Position numbers and translations under genes: made by a program
The notes under the pieces: generated by a model
Databases searched by the model: none
The model's input: only the letters and a program-made list of their open reading frames with translations
What the model was told of the DNA's origin: nothing
In this document: one piece after another, positions 60,701-64,000 of the stretch
Layout: every line of letters begins with the position of its first letter
Position numbering within the stretch: the first letter of the stretch is position 1
From: Ruditapes philippinarum
Lineage: Eukaryota
Length of the DNA: 64,000 bases
Assembly: GCF_026571515.1 (NCBI RefSeq)
Contig: NW_026852108.1
Coordinates: 1 to 64,000 of the forward strand
Reading direction: 5' to 3'

Positions 60701-63363
60701 AATATTTCTGCGTGGCTAACTTAAACACTTATACAAGAATCAGTTTCTTCTTGTTTAAAATAGTATACTTTGATTAGTCATGTGATTCATGTATGATATA
60801 GAGGATATTTGTTAAGTGCAGTGTAAGATCGGAATATATTTCACCGAGTGAGCACCAAAAGGTATATTTCACGAGTGGCGCAGCCACGAGTGAAATATGA
60901 ACTTTTGGTGTTCACGAGGTGAAATATATTTTGATCTTACATTAAACTAAACAAATTTTCTTTTTATTATATGCAAAGAAACATTTAAAAAGACATTTTA
61001 ACCTAGTACCAAATGAAAAGGACGTAATTTACAACTTCACATCATTATGTTGGTTTCCAGTACTGTGAACGCTTGTATTTCACTGAAACAACGTACCAGG
61101 ACAGTGAAATTATCAAATCGATAATTTCACTGTTAAAAACAGTGAAATTATCAGTTTTTATTTCACTGATATATTTCTATAAACCACCGAAAAGCATGTT
61201 ATAAATATATGATATATATTTGTTATCTTTATAGGCATACAGGTTAGAACCACTTATTAACCCATCTATAGGTAATATGAAACCAGTCCTGATGCCACAT
61301 CATAAAGGAAGAAAACGTCTACATTTAGGTAAAAAAATTTATATTGCCTGTGAAACAATGGAAAGATTTAAATCTAACCAGTATAAATGTACTAAAATTA
61401 CACTGACAGCTGTATATTGGCTAATTAGACTAAATGAAGGTTTAGGCTGGCTTTAATCTTTTACTGTTGGCTTAGAAAGTATTTACTTAAAGCATTTAAT
61501 TTTATAACAAAAGTCTTTAGGAAATATATCAAAATCCAAGCAAAATTGTGCCTATTTAAGTGTGAAACTTTGATCCCGACTTACAATGGGGTCTGTCTTA
61601 TAGACAGGTATATACAGTAACAGCTTTGAAATGTTAATGCATTTATCATGATGGCAAATTTTATTGCCACAAAAAAAACATCTATCAAAACAAGCTTAAA
61701 TTTTTGGATTTCAGAATTAAAGGAGAGTTTAGCTAGAATGGGTACAGACATTAAACAGAAGATCATCGATTCAGTGAGATCGACGTGGACATCTATAAAT
61801 AACTTTGCACGCGCGCACCAGTCCGATGGGAGTAGTATAGAGCAGCAGGTGGAGTCGGAGATGTCACAGATCAGTAGACAGCTAGAGGATGACGACAGAT
61901 CTGATACGGCTTGTATGTTATATATACATCCTCCATATAACTCAAATAATTTTCAATATGTTATATATATACCCTCCATATAACTCAAATAATTTTCTAT
62001 ATGTTATATATATATCCTCCATATCCATATAACTCAAATAATTTTCTATATGTTATATATATATATCCTCCATATAACTCAAATAATTTTCTATCGATCA
62101 TTTCTTGTTGTACAAATTATACTATTAATTTATTTATACAAACTGTGTATTTGATAAAATGACAGTTTTGTAAAAAGCTTTCCCGACTTATTGTTAACAT
62201 TATGTTCCAGTCATATTTTATAAAAATTGCAGACTCGGTTTAATCAAGTCTGTTTATGAGAGATAAAACCGAGTCTGCAATTTCCATATAATATTGTTGC
62301 TTTCTCTGCTAACGAGGGATCACTTCTATTCCAGATTTCTAATATGTTGTGAATATATATATTATATGATGTATATAATCATTATAATGCTGATTTGATA
62401 TATTTACAGCTGTAACGTCTGGCTTCGAGGAGGATATATACGTAGGACAACTTAACGAGGGTAGACGAGTAGATTATGTGTTGCAAGAGAGACCTATAGA
62501 AAGTTTTAACGACTACGTCTTCTCCCTTACTAGTCATGGTTGTTACTGGTATGTATCCAAATATTTGTCTAGATTTTAGTTTTCTTCATTTCCTGATTAC
62601 TCTGTCTAAACTAAATTATGCATGGCCCAAATGATATTCAAAAGAAGGTACTTAGTTGAATTGGTAGGTTGTTTTGCATGATTTATTGATTTTAGTCAGT
62701 TTATTTTTGTTTTCTAAGTTTGATATTTCTTTTGATATTTTGGAGGAGCGACAATCATTGATGTTGTGAGAATTTTGGCCCAACCCTTTTGCTATTTATT
62801 ATTTAAAAAATTTTTTTTATCTAAATTGTGTTGGTGCACAGTAAAACCAAACCAAACAAACAAAAAATATTTGTTGTTTTTGTTTATATTTACATGTATA
62901 TATTAGGAATAAAATATGATTAAAATGAAACTTATATTTTCATGTTTATTTCAGGAACTCTGAGGATACTATGCTATTGGTGCTGAAGGAGATTTATGCA
63001 TTATATGGAATTTCACCACAAATACCTGGTGCCGATTCACAAGCCGCTCAGAGACAAAGAGTGGGACCTCCTCCCAAAGGGCAATTCCCCTCTACTTCCT
63101 TCCCAGGGATGTCACCGGGGAATCTGAACAACTCTGCTGTACCTCCGCCCCAGAATTACGCTGCTAACAGCCTCAGATCACCACAGCAACCTCCCAAAAT
63201 GTTCCCAGTTTCAAATACACCCCCGCCAGGGCCTCCTCAAATGACAATGGCATCAAATCTGCCCCCATTATCTGGGCCTCCTCCATTTAGTATGGGTCAG
63301 TCACCGAGAGCAGCTGCTCCCATGGGACCCCCTCCAATGGCTGGATTTATGAAAAAGACTTGA
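33617..63363 (+). CDS. SEC23IP: SEC23-interacting protein (p125) / DDHD2-family intracellular phospholipase A1; 20 coding exons, 3141 nt, 1046 aa
   Basis: All introns GT-AG with consistent phases. N-terminus [21 protein letters not shown] resembles human SEC23IP as recalled (FIPVTQ..DVGEEDSFLGQ). Pro-rich region, WWE-like region (TDGGRYDV), [19 protein letters not shown], lipase GHSLG, SAM ([14 protein letters not shown]), DDHD ([34 protein letters not shown]). Confidence 0.93.
33978..35072. mobile_element. 1.1-kb palindromic MITE with 8-bp TSD (P- or hAT-like)
   Basis: CACAGGCGCTAGTCACATAATC... / ...GATTATGTGACTAGCGCCTGTG; GTCAGATA at 33970-33977 and 35073-35080; arms ~400 bp. Confidence 0.9.
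35584..36823. mobile_element. Nested non-autonomous hAT-like element, 6-bp TSD
   Basis: TIR CAGGGTTCTC / GAGAACCCTG; TTAGGT at 35578-35583 and 36824-36829. Confidence 0.8.
37051..37744 (-). pseudogene. hAT transposase C-terminal dimerisation-domain remnant (exons ~37480-37744 and 37051-37235)
   Basis: [19 protein letters not shown]|[50 protein letters not shown], with an intact GT-AG intron at 37236-37479. Confidence 0.85.
38940..39594. mobile_element. Non-autonomous hAT-like element, 6-bp TSD
   Basis: TIR CAGTGCTACAGATAAGC / GCTTATCTGTAGCTCTG; GTCACA at 38934-38939 and 39595-39600; subterminal TACCCAAT repeats. Confidence 0.8.
39874..40116 (+). CDS. SEC23IP: SEC23IP exon 2 (Pro-rich)
   Basis: TTTCAG|AA...AGTG|GTAAGT; [14 protein letters not shown]. 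Confidence 0.88.
40150..40332. mobile_element. 183-bp hAT5-like MITE, 5-bp TSD
   Basis: CAGGGCTTTTTTT / AAAAAAAGCCCTG; TCAAC on both sides. Confidence 0.8.
40587..41003. mobile_element. hAT MITE, 8-bp TSD
   Basis: TAGAGCTGTCAT / ATGACAGCTCTA; GGGTCATC on both sides; subterminal ATCGAT repeats. Confidence 0.88.
41417..41665 (+). CDS. SEC23IP: SEC23IP exon 3 (Pro-rich)
   Basis: TTTCAG|GT...ACAG|GTTTGC; [16 protein letters not shown]. Confidence 0.8.
41920..42088. mobile_element. Palindromic MITE, GAG termini, 4-bp TSD (Sola-like)
   Basis: GAGCCGCGTCACGACAAAACCAACATAATGGGTTTGC and its reverse complement; AAAT on both sides. Confidence 0.8.
42664..42780 (+). CDS. SEC23IP: SEC23IP exon 4
   Basis: [12 protein letters not shown]...[16 protein letters not shown]; canonical splice sites. 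Confidence 0.88.
43068..43252 (+). CDS. SEC23IP: SEC23IP exon 5 (WWE-like)
   Basis: [10 protein letters not shown]...RCSWFYK...YVPYEE. Confidence 0.9.
43466..43809. mobile_element. Kolobok-like non-autonomous element (TTAA TSD)
   Basis: TTAA|AGTGACATTATGCTCAT ... ATGAGCATAATGTCACT|TTAA. Confidence 0.75.
43852..44824 (+). mobile_element. Helentron-associated element (HINE) with ~175-bp internal tandem repeats
   Basis: subTIR GCTCGACTTTT / AAAAGTCGAGC; (GGCGTC)n microsatellite; ~4 repeats containing CATAACTCTGTCAAGG; 3' hairpin GCTGTC-TTACG-GACAGC; T-rich flanks. Confidence 0.85.
44996..45130. repeat. AT-rich hairpin element
   Basis: TGTAGATTTAATACTAAATTTGTTGAA / TTCAATAAATTTAGTATTAAATCTACA. 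Confidence 0.7.
45197..45340 (+). CDS. SEC23IP: SEC23IP exon 6
   Basis: [13 protein letters not shown]...VVMHNP...PDEWGTVQ; not in the ORF track. Confidence 0.9.
45397..45660 (+). mobile_element. Degenerate tRNA-derived SINE (same family as 15403)
   Basis: GGGGCCT.. head, TCCAGCTAGCTGACAGAAGGTCTGTGGTTTTAC core, (CAAT)n tail. Confidence 0.6.
46280..47050. repeat. ~31-bp minisatellite (TATCATAATTATCATGGACTTTACATGG-like) interrupted by a MITE
   Basis: More than ten degenerate copies in total, on both sides of 46566-46918. Confidence 0.8.
46566..46918. mobile_element. hAT5-like MITE, 5-bp TSD
   Basis: CAGGGCCAAAA / TTTTGGCCCTG; TTTAC on both sides; shares GGCTGCTTCCCCAA with the MITE at 40150. 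Confidence 0.82.
48975..49200 (+). mobile_element. tRNA-derived SINE with tandemly amplified B-box
   Basis: A-box TGGCCTAGTGG (48983-48993), then GGTTCAAACCC-like copies at ~49012, 49038, 49059, 49080, 49101 and 49121. Confidence 0.65.
49269..49422 (+). CDS. SEC23IP: SEC23IP exon 7
   Basis: RPRVVKRGV...[23 protein letters not shown]. Confidence 0.92.
49885..50026 (+). CDS. SEC23IP: SEC23IP exon 8
   Basis: VDDFRSIS...[22 protein letters not shown]. Confidence 0.92.
50868..51695. repeat. 145-bp tandem repeat, ~5.7 copies
   Basis: GATAACTAGAGTTCC at 50881, 51026, 51171, 51316, 51461 and 51606. Confidence 0.95.
51696..52191 (+). pseudogene. N-terminally truncated AP-endonuclease (EEP) domain, probably the C-terminus of a Helentron protein
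   Basis: [38 protein letters not shown], then an immediate stop; no RT follows. Confidence 0.8.
52104..52660. repeat. 319-bp-period direct duplication of the endonuclease 3' end
   Basis: TATCTACCAGAGAGGCTT..GTGAAAACGAGTGGAGTCATCCC at 52104 and 52423. Confidence 0.85.
52949..53051 (+). CDS. SEC23IP: SEC23IP exon 9
   Basis: [30 protein letters not shown]. Confidence 0.92.
53424..53529 (+). CDS. SEC23IP: SEC23IP exon 10 (lipase GHSLG motif)
   Basis: [27 protein letters not shown]|G. Confidence 0.92.
54414..54553 (+). CDS. SEC23IP: SEC23IP exon 11
   Basis: [12 protein letters not shown]...SQTE; donor GAG|GTAATC. Confidence 0.88.
54566..54910. repeat. Two-copy ~174-bp direct repeat just downstream of the exon 11 donor
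   Basis: GTGATATTATTAGGAAAA..TTGAAAATTCCTAATTTTAT at 54566 and 54740. Confidence 0.8.
55329..55540. mobile_element. Sola-like palindromic MITE copy (3' truncated)
   Basis: Same GAGCCG..CACGACAAAACCAACAT terminus and GCATGGATCC internal repeats as 41920. Confidence 0.8.
55711..55851 (+). CDS. SEC23IP: SEC23IP exon 12 (SAM domain, N-terminal part)
   Basis: [11 protein letters not shown]...[11 protein letters not shown]. Confidence 0.88.
56255..56350 (+). CDS. SEC23IP: SEC23IP exon 13 (SAM domain, C-terminal part)
   Basis: [21 protein letters not shown]. Confidence 0.9.
57082..57188 (+). CDS. SEC23IP: SEC23IP exon 14 (helical linker, short polyQ)
   Basis: TTTCTAG|GAC...CAAGT|GTATGT; its phase-2 end is required to join exon 15 in frame. 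Confidence 0.8.
58359..58578 (+). CDS. SEC23IP: SEC23IP exon 15 (start of DDHD domain)
   Basis: [34 protein letters not shown]. Confidence 0.92.
59110..59290 (-). mobile_element. Degenerate SINE copy (Meta-core-like)
   Basis: Reverse complement of the 15403 core (GTAGAACAACC..CCGTAAGCTAGCTGGATAGCTTCCTCACATGAAAG). Confidence 0.6.
59587..59598 (+). CDS. SEC23IP: SEC23IP exon 16, 12-nt micro-exon (FDPV)
   Basis: TTTTCCTTTCTATTTCAG|TTTGACCCAGTG|GTATGT; supplies the residues missing between NIFHP and AYRLEP. Confidence 0.88.
59745..59979. mobile_element. Full-length Sola-like palindromic MITE copy
   Basis: Arms of ~95 bp, GAGC..GCTC termini. Confidence 0.85.
60800..61205. mobile_element. Hairpin-headed non-autonomous element (Crypton-like architecture, family uncertain)
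   Basis: Hairpin 60807-60956 with loop GAGTGGCGCAGCCACGAG; repeated TATTTCAC/GTGAAATA motifs. Confidence 0.55.
61235..61328 (+). CDS. SEC23IP: SEC23IP exon 17
   Basis: [10 protein letters not shown]...[15 protein letters not shown]. Confidence 0.92.
61715..61912 (+). CDS. SEC23IP: SEC23IP exon 18
   Basis: [15 protein letters not shown]...W..INNFARAH. Confidence 0.9.
61918..62095. repeat. ~45-bp minisatellite x4 directly after the exon 18 donor
   Basis: TCCATATAACTCAAATAATTTTC repeated four times. Confidence 0.9.
62410..62548 (+). CDS. SEC23IP: SEC23IP exon 19
   Basis: [35 protein letters not shown]|W. Confidence 0.92.
62955..63363 (+). CDS. SEC23IP: SEC23IP exon 20 (end of DDHD plus Pro-rich tail)
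   Basis: [15 protein letters not shown] followed by ~115 Pro-rich residues to TGA. Confidence 0.88.
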
Positions 63364-63861
63364 TAGTCGAAATATAATTTAAGATTTCAAATTATTAAAA
63401 GATTACAAAACTTGTGATAATAAATTATTGCTTTTAAACCAGGTGATGAGCCAGTGATGGTTACAAGAAAATTTAATTGATTCTTAAATATTTTCATCTT
63501 TAACCTGCAAATGGGTAATGCTTTGTTTTAAATTCAGAATTGACCAATATGGAATAGGGCAGACAACGATCAGTCATGAACGTGCCTGCTTATCTTGGTC
63601 AGCACTGATGGCATGGTTAGAATCATTTGCAACTAGCAGGTTGAGTGTTAGAGTAATTGAATCAGAGTAATTAAATAGACAATATTGACTATCACATACT
63701 CAAATTTAAGCTGTGTCATCATACACTCTTACAATGCTTCAAGGTGATGTAGGAGAGTTTGGGAAATTGAACACTTTACTGTTATGTGCGAATAACCAGT
63801 GTTAAGGACATGACCGTATTTTGTAATAAAGTTGTAAATATTGAGTATTAGCTTGCCTGCT

Positions 63862-64000
63862 TTTTTTATGCCACCGCAGCATCTGCGATGCGGTGGCATA
63901 TAGCGATTCACCTGTGTGTGTGTGCGTGTGTTGGTGTGTGTGTTTGTGTGTGTGTTATATAGATTATATAGTGAACTTAAAAAATCTTCTTGTGAAAAAC
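63862..64000 (+). mobile_element. 5' end of another HINE-type element, truncated by the window edge
   Basis: TTTTTATGCCACCGCA..TGCGGTGGCATA hairpin followed by a (TG)n microsatellite. Confidence 0.65.

Noticed and set aside
33617-63363. Calling the gene DDHD1, or splitting it into several genes
   Set aside because: The SAM domain, Pro-rich N-terminus and GEADSFVGQ motif fit SEC23IP (probably co-orthologous to DDHD2); all 20 exons join in one frame.

Overview
AT-rich eukaryotic genomic DNA. The repeat landscape (Helentron-associated elements, tRNA-headed SINEs, a Penelope-like RT relic) suggests a mollusc, probably a bivalve; this is inference only. Genes from left to right: (1) two intronless, tandem FFAR4/GPR120-like class A GPCRs on the minus strand, separated by a ~4.9-kb foldback element; (2) an orphan 174-aa, ~4-TM ORF; (3) a head-to-head pair of paralogous two-coding-exon genes encoding ~700-aa secreted proteins of unknown function, with a coiled coil, a highly conserved His/Asp/Arg-rich core and a C-terminal HxH/CDGxxxCWDxH module. 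This pair is the best candidate for an undescribed system; (4) a complete 20-exon SEC23IP/DDHD-family phospholipase gene (1046 aa) with a 12-nt micro-exon carrying the first D of DDHD and a Pro-rich C-terminal extension. Intergenic and intronic DNA holds many transposons with readable target-site duplications: a CAC-ended 1.1-kb palindrome with a 5-bp TSD (Transib/RAG-like), nested hAT elements with 5-, 6- and 8-bp TSDs, Kolobok-like, Sola-like and HINE elements, and a decayed Penelope-like element with a pseudoknot-like RNA motif. Family names for proteins and repeats come from recalled motifs, not database searches.
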